64,000 nucleotides of DNA, from the NCBI GenBank assembly GCA_030390025.1, contig CM059433.1, positions 133,982,001-134,046,000 on the forward strand, in the 5' to 3' direction. Shown here piece by piece: positions 25,609 to 37,960 of this stretch; position 1 is the first letter of the stretch, and each line of letters starts with the position of its first letter. Position numbers and translations under genes: made by a program. The notes under the pieces were generated by a model, which was not told the DNA's origin, searched no databases, and saw only the letters and a list, made by a program, of their open reading frames with translations. This DNA comes from Squalus acanthias (Eukaryota).

Positions 25609-26242
25609 GGGCTGGATTTTCATTGACCCGTGGAGGCGGGTTTGGAGGCGTGTGGGGGGTTAAAATTGCGAAAAGTGGCGGGCGGGCACAAGTCCGCCTC
25701 CACGCAATTTTGATGAAATCGTGTCCGCTGGTCCCGCCTGCGTCCCGCCTTTAAGAGACGCGATAGGCTGTTAAGGCCCTTAACAAGCACTAAATTGGCC
25801 TTTGTGATTTTAACCCTTGTTGTACGTGAAGCACGCCTGTTCTGAAACACGATTGTGAAACCTGGCGGGAGCACATGTGGATAGCTGAATATCAGTGGCT
25901 GTGCTGAGTATCAGTGAGTGGCTGGCTGGCAGGCATCTGGGAGTGGTGGAGGAAAAAAAAATTCATTCTCTCTCTCTCTCTCTCCTGCTCATTTTGCATC
26001 CAGGTCCTCTCACAGCAAAGGCCAGGCAGTCTCTGACCTTCAATGCAGCATCAATGATGACATCATCAGAGGCGACTTTCAGACTGAAACCACTAATTGG
26101 TTCATGGGTTCCCACATGCTGGAACTCAATTACCCAATTAGGTGAAAATTGCATCAATCTCCCACATCCAATTGCAGTCGGGTGGATAACACGAAATGCG
26201 GATGACACGACCCTAACCCGCCCCAGGATCAAAATCCAGCCC
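25609..26242. mobile_element. Non-autonomous PIF/Harbinger-like MITE
   Basis: Perfect 12-bp TIR gggctggatttt / aaaatccagccc with 3-bp TSD CTA (25606-25608 and 26243-26245); CpG-rich subterminal region. Confidence 0.85.
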
Positions 26243-26259
26243 CTAGAGTTTTGTTAGGA

Positions 26260-26510
26260 CTCTGCTCAACAGATTCAATTACTGCAGAGCAGCAATCAAA
26301 AAAATAAACAGAGTTCTGAAGTATACTGTCAAAACAGTAGAGTACAAGTTAGGGGAAGTCATGCTCAAAATGCATAGTGCTCTGCCAGAACCCATCTCAA
26401 GCGCTTTCTCAGTTCTAGTCACCGAGATACTCAAGTCTTGCAGACGGTGCGGAGAAGAGTCACAAGACTGATCCCAAGCATCAATGGACTGAGTTATGAT
26501 GGAAGTGTCT
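26260..26510 (+). mobile_element. Old CR1 fragment
   Basis: gtcttgcagacggtgcggagaagagtcacaagactgatcccaagcatcaatggactgagttatg reads LQTVRRRVTRLIPSINGLSY. Confidence 0.7.
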
Positions 26511-28454
26511 TCAGTGAAACAAGTTTGATCAGTCTCAATCCAGTTTCTGGCTAGCACTGCTCCATCAAACTACCCACTATTCAGCAGACACCAAGATTGG
26601 TACAGTAGGGATATTCTTCCATGACTGGGATTGAGAACTCCCGCTATACCAACCTAAGAGTGCATCTAACTTGAATGGGGAATGCTCGCTGTTGACACTG
26701 GATGCAAAAGGAAGTGCTTAATCAAGGTCAGTCCTGAAGAATAAGCACAAAAATAAACTGATCATTGAACTAAAGGATAAAGTGGAAATGCTCAAACTAG
26801 ACTAAAATGATACACTGCCTCATTGTTAGGCTACCGCCACACACCAAATAACAAAATGAAAAGCAACAGAAAAGTAGATTATCTGATTTCTTAGCCAGAA
26901 AAGGTGCACAGCCCAGCAAACCCAGGAAGGAGAAGCGGGTGGGGTGGAGAAGGGAAACAAACTGGAGGGAGAATGAGATTTAAGATTCATGGGATTATTT
27001 CACACGTAGACAATCAAATACTCATTGGCACACTGCGGTTGTGGGCCTACTGGAACCGTGGAATGACATCTGTGGAAGAAACCAATCAAAGCTGAATAAT
27101 ACAAATTGCAATATTACATTGATAGCCTAGGAATTTGGTCAATCGTTTTAGAAGGTCGAGAAGAAATTAGAGTTGTACCTGTGGTCAGCCAGTTAGTGCA
27201 AGACATTAAAATAAATTAGGAAGAGCCATGATTATGCAAATTGGCTATCGGAAGGCATGCACTCCATGGACCGAATGCCTTTTATTCTGTAGCTTAAGTT
27301 CTTAGAACATATGTAGAAAATGTGGTGCAAAAATTACTACACAAATAATAAAAGCTCAACACTCAACTGAGCTGCAGACATGTCTTTAGTTGTTTTTCTT
27401 ACTCTACGACAACTCTACTGCTGTTTTACTTTTGTGATCTTTATGGTAGGAGGAAAGTAAATGATCTTAACAATTAAGTTGCATGTGTACACAGGTAAAA
27501 TTTATAGCAGAATTAGAAACACTGATACTTAAAACTAGAAAATACAGATTTAACTAGCTCTTAAATTCAATACAAAAGGCAGTTACAGGGAAACATGTGA
27601 CCAACGGTTTAAATTGTTCTCGCTCTTCTTTATGACATGACAGCCATATTTGCAGAGCAGCTGCTACAAACAGCAGCTCCAAATTCTTGCCTTCCCAGGA
27701 ATAGAACAAGCAGCGGTGTCAGTGTAGAAAGCTTCAGTAAGCGTATTCCAGATTGGCCAAACAGAAAGTTATCCCACACAGCGGCCTTTTGAAGTCTGCT
27801 CTTGGTTTTTGAAAAACAGGACAAGAGCGCTTCAGGCATGTTTATTTTGGTCTCCGTTTTTGCAGCAGTAATCACATTACAAAGAAACAAATGGGAATAG
27901 AAGCGTTGTGTGCGCCTCACAAAATTTACATTGACAAATAGAGCAAATTCAGAGAAATTGGATACAGATTAAAGTTGATCCAGATTTGGGCTTTCCTTCC
28001 TTTAACACAGTAGCTGTATGCCTTTTTATTTTTTTTAAAAATCAAGAAACTGGCATGAGTGGAATTTTATTGTTGATGCTGCACTACCTTTAATCTCCCG
28101 ATGTCTTACATGTGTAAGTACTGAATGTGCTGTAAGGAATTTTAAAAGGCAATCAAGTCTGTTCACAATTCTGAAACTACATATAAAAGCCAGTTAAGAC
28201 TCCATGTTTTACTCATTGAAGCTGTCAACAGGTACAGCTATAAGATGTGAACCAGCCCAGGTACTGCAAGTGCCAACAGTCAGGACCTGTAGCAGGCAGG
28301 TCACAGGTCAGTTCATTTTAAATTCCCGACTAAGAAGGAGGCAGGTGAGTCCCATTTCAGTTTAACATCATTCTGTTGAAAGTGGTTACTTTTTGTTACA
28401 TGTGCAGGGGAAAAAAAATCTAAAAGCACGTGATGTTGATATGCAATAGTGTGA

Positions 28455-29278
28455 TAATGAAGCAGTCCATGCCTGAATGCAGCAAGACCTGGATGACATT
28501 CAGGCTTGGGCTGATAAGTGGCAAGTAACACAAGTGCCAGGCAAGTGGCAGACTATCTCCAACAAGCGAGAGTCTAACCACCGTCCTTGACATTCAACGG
28601 CATTACCATCGCCGAATCCCCCACCATCAACATCCTGGGGGTCACCACTGACCAGAAACTTAACAGGACGAGCCACAAATACTGTGGCAACAAGAGCAGA
28701 TCAGAGGCTGGGTATTCTGTGGTGAGTGTCTCACCTCCTGACTCTCCCAAAGCCTTTCCACCATCTACAAGGCACAAGTAAGGAGTGTGATGGAATACTC
28801 TCCACTTGCCTGGATGAGTGCAGCTCCAACAACATTGAAGAAGCTCGACACCATCTAGGACAAAGCAGCCCGCTTGATTGGCACTCCCTCCACCACCGGC
28901 ACACCGTGGCTGCAGTGTGTACCATCTACAAGATGCACTGCAGCAACTCGCCAAGGCTTCTTCGGCAGTACCTCCCAAACCCGCGGCCTCTACCACCTAA
29001 AAGGACAAAGGCAGCAGGCAAATGGGAACACCACCACCTGCAAGTTCCCCTCCAAGTTACACACCATCCTGACTTGGAAATATATCGCCGTTCCTTCATC
29101 GTCGCTGGGTCAAAATCCTGGAACTCCCTCCCTAACAGCACTGTGGGAGTGCCTTCACCACACGGACTGCAGCGGTTCAAGAAGCTGGCTCACCACCACC
29201 TTTACAAGGACAATTAGGGATGGGCAATAAATGCTGGCCTTGCCAGGTGACACCCACATCCCAGGAACGAATAAAAAA
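28455..29278 (+). mobile_element. 5'-truncated copy of the second CR1-group (tRNA-headed) LINE
   Basis: Encodes MQQDLDDIQAWADKWQV...MEYSPLAWMSAAPT...SFIVAGSKSWNSLP; tail gggcaataaatgctggcc...gaacgaataaaaaa. Confidence 0.9.
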
Positions 29279-30809
29279 GTCATTTCTTGTCCAGATGTGA
29301 CAGGAGAAAATTGGAACAGATGTGAGAGTGCTCCAAGTAGAAAATCCATATTGCAGATAAGCTTCATTCATATTTAAAACTGTTAGTGGCACAAATACCA
29401 ATGTTTCATTTACTGTCACAGTACATTTGCTCAAGTTACAAATCTCCGTCTATTCAAAGTGCCTTTTCTCTCCTTGTACAATGCAATATTTTATACCCAG
29501 CAAAACCAATCCCCTCATTAACATGTCAACATACAATCTCTGTTATAAAACAATGGTTATGGCTCCCACACTAGTAGAAAATCTATGCAATGCATCTTCT
29601 CAAATTGATTGATAAATTCATTGCTCAGTCGAGATTTCCACAGTAGAAGCCAGAAAGGTCTCGGATTCAAATTCTAGACTTTGTTGAGTCAGTTTATTTC
29701 AGGCAAGGTACCCACTCAGGGTCTGATTCAACAACAGCAACTAGCATTTATATGGCACCTTTAAAATAATAAAAACATTCCAAGGCTCTTCACAGGAGCA
29801 TTATCAAAAAAAATTTGACACCAATTCAGAGAAAAATATTATACAAAACACCAGTTTGACATGGGAGATGTCACCAGCACTATTATAAGGATATCCCTTG
29901 CTACACAAGGGAAAGGACACAGCATTCAGGTTTTTGGGGGGAAAAGGAGGTACAAGTTTCTTGGATCAAGTAATCTATTTTGACATTAAGGGAACGTGCT
30001 GAACATTTTGGAGGGACATTTTACAAGTTGAACAGTCAGTTCCCAGCAGTCAGGCCATTTTCAAAAAAATACCAGTGTCTGACAAGAAATGGGCCCCACA
30101 TCACATTTCCATGTGTCAGGTATTATATTCCTTACACTCTCAGCTACCAGAATGCTACTTGATTTCTGAATCAAGGTTCGGCTGTGATTGTGCACCCAAA
30201 GGTATCAAAGATAAAACACCACAAACAGGAAACGCAGTGTTGGTATGTGGATAAGTTTAAACCTTTGAAAATGGATAGAAATTCAAATAAAACTTCATGT
30301 ATAAACAGAAGGGAACCCCATTCAGGAAAGGCAGTGTCTCACTTTGGATCCAACCCAAACTCAGCTTTTCATACCAATTATGCACTCCTTTACCCTACAG
30401 TTGAATCATTTTAAATAGAATCAAAAATGTGGCTTTAAATTTTAAGTACTCAGAATTCTGCAGCAGTTTTCAGTGAGACCTGCAGGAAAGTAGTTACGGC
30501 CTTGAGTGTTTGATCTGCAGTTAACTTCTAATACTGCATTTTATTACATTTGATTAAGGACTTTAAAATTCTATTACAAAAAATATTTTTGCTCACATTG
30601 AACGGCTCAATTCACTGTTAGAACCAACCCGCTAAGTATTATGAAAATATTATGCTAGAAATAAGCCTGCAATCAAAAAACCTCAGGGACATTAATTCCT
30701 CTCCTCCCTCCCCCAATAAAACTGGGTCCAATTTAAAAATCACACAATTGTGCCAATACAAAACAATCCATGCTCATATGAGAGACTCTACAATGACATG
30801 AAGTGACAC

Positions 30810-31190
30810 TTGCATTCCCCCCGCTCCAACTTGCTCTCCCCCTTCTCTAAAGACATTGACTACCTCACTGGAACACAGGTCCACAGACTCTAGTCACACA
30901 CCAGTACTTCACCCAAATGCCTATTATTCACGTGTGAACCTCAAGGAGTGTTGGCAGGGTATCGGATTGTAAAGGACATCATAGCCATGCCTGATCACAC
31001 ATGCACACTTCCAGCAGGAGTCACTGTACATTGATCAGGAGGATGAACCTTACCCCAACTTAGGGGCACTGCAGCCACTTATAACGCACTTATCCTCGTC
31101 CCAATTGTGATCAACTAACTCAGCTCAGACTAGAGACCTTCCTCGTCTGTACAGCTCCAAGCCAATTGACCTGACCTCAGTCACTGCAGC
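30810..31190 (-). mobile_element. LF-SINE-like ancient SINE
   Basis: The minus strand reads gctgagttagttgatc...cctgatcaatgtacagtgactcctgctggaagtgtgc...ctgccaacactc...ttcacacgtgaataataggcatttgggtgaagtac, collinear with the LF-SINE consensus as I recall it. Confidence 0.6.
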
Positions 31191-31569
31191 AGTGGTCTGA
31201 AATAACATTTGATAACTATGCAATAACCTAATGCACACTTTGAGGAGAGGAGTGCAATGGTAAAAGATTGTCCTCTAATGGTTGAGCAAGGATAAAGCAG
31301 TAGTCCTGAGGCAGAGAAATGGAGGATGTAGGCTGGGATGTAGGGCTGGAGAAGATTTCCCAAATAGGGTGGAGTACAAGACTATCGTAAAATTTTCATT
31401 GTGACATACGGAATTGGTAGAGCTTGGCTAACTTAATTTTTGTGGTTTCTAGGGTCTCTGTTGTGTAGCGGGGAGTGCTGGTAAACAAGGGCCCCTGAGT
31501 ATATCATTTAATTGTAGTGTAATTAGTGGTATTGATTGGATTTAATTTGAATTAATTAAAGGGTAAGTC

Positions 31570-32520
31570 ATGGCAGCACAGCTCGGCCCTGTGGCATGCT
31601 CCTCCTGCACTATGTGGGAAATCAGGGACACTTCCTGTGTCCCTGACGACCATGTGTGCGGGAAGTGTATCCAGTTGCAGCTACTGACAGACCGCATTGC
31701 GGCGCTGGAGCTGCGAATGGATACATACTGGAGCATTCGCGATGCTGAGCACATCGTGGATAACACGTTTAGGGAGTTGGTCACACCGCAGGTAAAGGCT
31801 GCACAGGCAGGAAGGGAATGGGTGACCACCAGGCAGAGTAGTAGGCGCAGGCAGGTAGTGCAGGGGTCCCCTGTAGCCATCCCCCTTTCAAACAGATATA
31901 CCACTTTGGATATTGTTGAGGGGGATGGCTTATCGGGGGAAGGCAGCAGCAGCCAACTTCCTGGCACCATGGGTGGTCCTGCTGCACAGGACGGGAGGGA
32001 AAAAAAGCGGGAGAGCTGTAGTGATAGGGGATTCTATTGTAAGGGGAATAGATAGACGTTTCTGCGGCCGCAAACAAGACTCCAGGATGGTATGTTGCCT
32101 CCCTGGTGCAAGGGTCAAGGATGTCTCGGAGCGGCTGCAGGGCATTCTGGAGGGGGAGGGTGAACAGCCAGTTGTCATGGTACATATAGGTACCAACGAT
32201 ATAGGTAAAAAAGGGATGAGGTCCTAAAAGCTGAATATAGGGAGTTAGGAGGTAAATTAAAAAATAGGACCTCAAAGGTAGTAATCTCAGGATTGCTACC
32301 AGTGCCACGTGCTAGTCAGAGTAGAAATAGAAGGATATTTCAGATGAATACGTGGCTAGAGGAATGGTGCAAGGGGGAGGGATTCAAATTCCTGGGACAT
32401 TGGAACCGGTTCTGGGGGAGGTGCGACCAGTACAAACTGGACGGTTTGCACCTGGGCGGGACCGGAACCGATGTCCTAGAGGGAGTGTTTGTTAGTGCTG
32501 TTGGGGAGGGTTTAAACTAA
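31570..32520 (+). pseudogene. CR1 ORF1: zinc finger plus SGNH/GDSL esterase domain, frameshifted
   Basis: CSSC...CGKC finger; VIGDSIVRG, HIGTND and DGLHL esterase blocks spread across three frames (31570, 31913, 32293). Confidence 0.9.
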
Positions 32521-35500
32521 AATGGCAGGGGGTTGGGAACCTGTGCAGGGAGACAGAGGAAAGGGAAGCAAGGATAGAAACAAAAGACAGGAAGGAGAAA
32601 AGCAAAAGTGGAAGGCAGAGAAATCAAGGGTGTAAATCAAACAGGGCCACAGTAAATAATAATTCTAAAAGGACTAAGAGTGTTAAAAAATCAAGCCTGA
32701 AGGCTGTGTGTCTTAATGCGAGGAGCATTCGTAATAAGGTGGATGAATTAGCTGCACAAATAGATGTAAACGGATATGATATAATTGGGATTACGGAGAC
32801 ATGGCTCCAGGATGACCAAGTCTGGGAATTCAACATCCAGGGGTATTCAATATTCAGGAAGGACAGGAAAAAAGGAAAAAGAGGTGGGGTAGCATTGCTG
32901 GTTAAAGAGGAGATTAACACAATAGTAAGGAAGGATATTAGCTCTGATGATGTGGAATCCGTATGGGCAGAGCTGAGAAATACCAAGGGGCAGAAAACGT
33001 TAGTGGGAGTTGTATGCAGACCTCCAAACAGTAATGCTGAGGTTGGGGATGGCATTAAACGGGAAATTAGAGATGTGTGCAATAAGGGCACAGCAGTTAT
33101 CATGGGTGACTTTAATCTACATATAGATTGGGCTAACCAAATTAGTAACAATACTGTGGAGGAGGAATTCCTAGAGTGTATACGGGATGGTTTCCTGGAC
33201 CAATATGTCGAGGAACCAACTAGAGATCAGGCCATCTTAGACTGGGTATTATGTAATGAGAAAGGATTAATTAGCAATCTTGTTGTACGAGGCCCCTTGG
33301 GGAGGAGCGATCATAATATGATAGAATTCTTCATTAAAATGGAGAGTGAAGTAGTTGACTCAGAGACTAGGGTCCTGCATTTAAATAAAGGAAACTACGA
33401 TGGTATGAGGCACGAGTTGGCTAGGATGGATTGGGGAACGTTACTTAAAAGGGTTGACGGTGGATAGGCAATGGCAAACATTTAAAGATCGCATGGATGA
33501 ACTACAGAATTTGTTCATCCCTGTTTCGCATAAAAATAAAACAAAAAAGGTGACTCAACCGTGGCTAACAAGGGAAATTAGGGCTAGCATAAGATCCAAG
33601 GAGAGGGCATATAATTTGGCCAGAAAAAGCAGCAAACCTGAGGATTGGGAGCAGTTTAGGGTTCAGCAAAGGAGGACAAAGGGATTAATTAAGAGGGGGA
33701 AAATAGATTGAGAGCAAGCTTAAAGGGAACATAAAAACTGACTGTAAAAGCTTCTATAGATATGTGAAGAGAAAAAGATTGGTGAAGTCAAGCGTAGGTC
33801 CCTTGCAGTCAGAATCAGGGGAATTTATAATGGGGAACAAAGAAATGGCAGACCAATTAAATACATACTTTGGTTCTGTCTTCACAAAGGAGGACACAAA
33901 TAACCTCCCAGAGATGTCGAGGAACATAGGGTCTAATGAGAGGGAGGAATTGAATTAAATCAGTATTTGTAGGGAAATGGTATTCGGGAAATTGATGGGA
34001 TTGAAGGCCGATAAATCCCCAGGGCCTGATAATCTACATCCTAGGGTACTTAAGGAAGTGGCCCTAGAAATAGTAGATGCATTGCTGGTCATCTTCCAAA
34101 ATTCTAGACACTCTGGAACAGTTCCCATGGATTGGAGGATAGCTAATGTAACCCCACTATTTAAAAAAGGTGGTAGAGAGAAAACGGGGAATTATAGACC
34201 GGTAAGTCTGACATCGGTAGTGGGGAAAATGCTCGAGTCCATTATAAAAGATGTAATAGCAGAGCATTTGGAAAACAGGGACAGGATCGGACAAAGTCAA
34301 CCTGGATTTACAAAAGGTAAATCATGCTTGAGTAATCTACTGGAATTTTTTGAGGATGTAACTGGTAGAATAGATAAGGGAGAACCAGTGGATGTGGTGT
34401 ATTTGGACTTTCAGAAGGCTTTCGATAAGGTCCCGCATAAGAGATTAGCGTGCAAAGTTAAAGCACACAGGATTGGGGGTAAGGTACTGTCTTGGATAGA
34501 GAACTGGTTGGCAGACAGGAAGCAAAGAGTTGGAATAAACGGGTCTTTTTCCGAGTGGCAGGCAGTGACTCGTGGGGTACCGCAGGGATTGGTGCTAGGA
34601 CCCCAGCTATTCACAATATAAATATATATATATATATATATAAAAAAAATAAATGATCTAGACGAGGGAACTAGATGTAATATCTCCAAGTTTGCAGACG
34701 ACACAAAGCTGGGTGGGCGTGTGTGCTGTGAGGAGGATGCAGAGAAACTCCAGTATGATTTGGACAGGTTGGGTGATTATACTGCATTTGCCACGCATCT
34801 GCCCAATGTGGATAAATGCGAGGTTATCCACTTCAGTGGCAAAAACAGGAAGACAGATTATCTGAACGGCAATAGATTGGGAAAAGGGGAAGTGCAACGA
34901 GACCTGGGTGTCCTTGTGCACCAGTCGCTGAAGGTAAGCATGCAGGTGCAGCAGGCGGTTAAGAAGGCAAATGGTATGTTGGCCTTCATAGCGAGAGGAT
35001 TCGAGTACAGGAGCAAGGATGTCTTGCTGCAGTTGTACATGGCCTTGGTGAGACCACACCTTGAGTATTGTGTGCAGTTTTGGTCACCTTATCTGAGGAT
35101 GGATGTTCTTGCCATGGAGGGAGTGCAGCGAAGATTCACCAGACTGATACCTGGGATGGCAGGAATGACGTATGATGAGAGATTGGGTCGATTAGGCTTA
35201 TATTCGCTAGATTTAGAAGAATGAGAGGGGATCTCATTGAAACTTATAAAATTCTAACAGGACTAGACAGACTAGATGCAGGAAGGATGTTCCCGATGGC
35301 GGGGGAGTCCAGAACCAGGGGTCACAGTCTAAGGATAAGGGGTAAGCCATTTACGACTGAGATGAGGAGGAATTTCTTCACCCAGAGAGTGGTGAATCAG
35401 TGGAATTCTCTACCACACAAGGCAGTTGAGGCCAATTCATTAAATATATTCAAGAAGGAGTTAGATATAGTTCTTAAGGCTAAAGGGATCAAGGGATATG

Positions 35501-35526
35501 GGGAGAAAGCAGGGACAGGGTACTGA
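32520..35526 (+). pseudogene. CR1 ORF2: APE endonuclease plus reverse transcriptase, disrupted
   Basis: CLNARS, ITETW, GDFN and SDHN (endonuclease); NYRPVSL, DFQKAFD, VPQG and FADD (RT); several frameshifts and stops. Confidence 0.95.
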
Positions 35527-36434
35527 ATTTGGATGATCAGCCATGATCTCATTAAATGGTGGAACAGGCTCGAGGGGCCGATTGGCCTACTCCTGCTCCT
35601 ATCTTCTATGTTTCTATGTTAGCATGCAGATAATGGATGTGTGGGACTTCACATGGGAGATGGCTGGAGTCACAGAGCTCTTGATAAGCAAAAGTTTATG
35701 AAGGATGGAAATGGGAAGGCCAGCGAGGAAAGCATTTGGAAAACTCATGCTCGAGATAATAAAGGTATGGATGATATTTCAGCAGCAGAGGGATGATGTA
35801 GGAGCATCAGCAGGCAACGAGCTAGGTGAAATGTACCAGTCTTGCTGATAGTCCGGATGTGAGGATTAAAGCTCAATTCAGGGTCAAACAGTTCGAAAAG
35901 GTCAGCTGCCACTGGAAAACTGGGAATTCCAAACCTTTAGTGTTTCCATCTTCACTCTGGTAAGGCCCTTGGGGAGCCTCAAGCAGTATGACTGTCGGCC
36001 ACTCCTCCTTAGAAAGGTGGATCCGAGCAGGCGTCTTTAAAGTGCACCTGCAGGCACTGGCAGCTCACCTCATCTATGCAACTGACCTCATCCCCAAGAC
36101 TTGGCACGGGATCTGCGATCATCAACCCAGGTGGCTGAGAGATCCATTCTGCCGCATTTGTGCCAGCAGAGAAGACCCATCAAAACTTCTGCCCCCTGGA
36201 ATATTACAAGACAGAATTAGGCTATTTCATCGATCAAGTCTGCACCAGTGCTTTTCTCTACATGAGCTACCTAGTCTAATACCACTGTTCTGCTTGCTTC
36301 CTATAACCTATAATATTCCTCTTTTTCAAGCAACTAATTCCCTTTTAAAGTAATTTACAAACTCTGCTTCAACAGAAATGTGAGGCTGACAAACAAAATG
36401 AAACAGCAAATCTGCTGAAAGATGGAGACTCTGG

Positions 36435-36545
36435 TAATTGCAGCACTCCTCAGTAGTGAATTGAAGTGTCCACCTAGATTATGTACAGGTGCGCTTAAAC
36501 CTGCAACCTTCTGACTCAGAAGACACTGCTACCACTGAGCCAACT
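36435..36545 (-). mobile_element. DeuSINE 5' fragment
   Basis: gcagcactcctcagt...caaccttctgactcagaagacactgctaccactgagcc. Confidence 0.7.
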
Positions 36546-36547
36546 AA

Positions 36548-37380
36548 CATATAAATCAGTTTATGTGGGACAGCATCAAAAGCCTTCCTAAAATCCACAT
36601 AAATAACACCCACTGCCTCACCCTTATCCATCAGGTCTGTAACCTCCTAAAGAAAAAACAAATAAATTGATAAGACATGGCCTGTCCCTTGTGATCCCAT
36701 ACTGGGGCTCTATAATCAGACCCTGTCCTTTCATATGATTCCTTAGGTTATCTTTCAAAGAATCAATACACTTTTCTGGCAATCGAGGGGTGTAATTTAC
36801 AGGTTCATGCCTTACCCTTTAAAAAGGTTCTGGTCACATTTTCTACTTTCCAACCCACTGGAACATTACCCAATTCTCAAGAGTTTTTAAAGATATCAGT
36901 GAGGGATTTTTGATCTCCTCAACCAATACCCAGCATCTAAGGATGGAAACTCATAACCTGCAGCTTTGCTCCTACCTTTGATATCCTCAATCTTTCTACT
37001 ATGCCTTACCTTGTGATACCAAAGATTCTCAGACTACCCTCTCAACTTAGGAATCTCTCCCCCTTTTCCATAGTAAAATCAGTCACAAAATATTGATTTA
37101 GTTCTTATCACTTCTTGATCCTCAGTCACCCTTCATCTATGCCCTTTAACTTCTCCCAATATACTTGAATGGTTTGTACTTGTTCTTTATATTTTCTGCT
37201 ATATTCCTTTCACGTTCCCTCTTTGCACCTCATCAGTTTCTTGGCTTTGCTCTGCTTGATTTTGTAGTTCATTCTATCCTGGTGCACATTTTCAGAATTG
37301 TGTATGTCCTTTTGTTCTCCCTAATGCCTTCCAGGACTTCTCTTTTCATCCATGTCTGTTTACTCTCCAGTTAGGTCCTC
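36548..37380 (-). mobile_element. Old CR1 ORF2 fragment
   Basis: The minus strand has gtggattttaggaaggcttttgatgctgtcccacataaa (VDFRKAFDAVPHK) and upstream collinear decayed CR1 motifs. Confidence 0.7.
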
Positions 37381-37477
37381 GACTTGTAATTTCAGAATAA
37401 AAGTACTTTAAACCTCACCAGTAGTGCCTTCACAGAGACTTTAATGAGGAAAGAAATCAAACTGACCCACATAGCAG

Positions 37478-37960
37478 AGATAAATATAAACAGAAAATGC
37501 TGCAAGTGAAGAGGTTAGTCAGCATCAAAGAGCAAAAAGGCTGATTAAACATTTCAGGTGGGATCTTGCATAAAAATCCACAGGAGTTCTTTAGAGCCTG
37601 TTTTTGTGGTGTTGGTTCAGGGACAAATATTTGCTAGGACACCAGGAGAACTCCCCAACTCTTCTTCGAATAGTGCCATAGGATCTTTTACATCTAGCTG
37701 AAAGGGCAGTCAGGACCTCGGTTTTCAGGTCCATTTTATTTAACAAATAGGTTTATAAATTGTCAAGTCAGTTACTGGATTTTTGGAGCAATTCTGGTAG
37801 TAAATACTTTTGCAATATGTAAGAAACAGATTTCAGAGATCATTGTGCACATCTGTTTTATTAGTTCTGATGAAGGGTTACACCAGAAATGTTAACCTTT
37901 CTCTTTCAGACGTTGATTAACATGCTGAGCATTTCCTGTTTTTGTTGGTATTTGGTATTT
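37478..37960. mobile_element. Decayed Penelope pseudo-LTR inverted pair with a DeuSINE fragment (37590-37725) inside
   Basis: aaacagaaaatgctg...cagcatc...aacatttcagg at 37488-37560 and agttctgatgaagggttacaccagaaatgttaacc...gcatttcctgttttt at 37863-37945 resemble the 4182-4969 ends. Confidence 0.6.

Larger units (their letters stand above)
31385..35620 (+). mobile_element. Near full-length CR1 LINE, inactivated by frameshifts
   Basis: 5' UTR, ORF1, ORF2 and 3' tail (gatcagccatgatc...ttctatgtttctatgt) are present in order. Confidence 0.95.
31255..35890 (-). mobile_element. Old L2 fragment split by the CR1 insertion (pieces at about 31255-31384 and 35620-35890)
   Basis: Purine-rich flanks whose reverse complement resembles the L2 C-terminus (NLLQPYIPAYILHFSASGLL; compare 17935-18325). 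Confidence 0.55.

Noticed and set aside
35988-36353. 121-aa ORF in GC-richer sequence
   Set aside because: No recognisable domain or splice signals; its 3' part runs into CR1-tail-like sequence.
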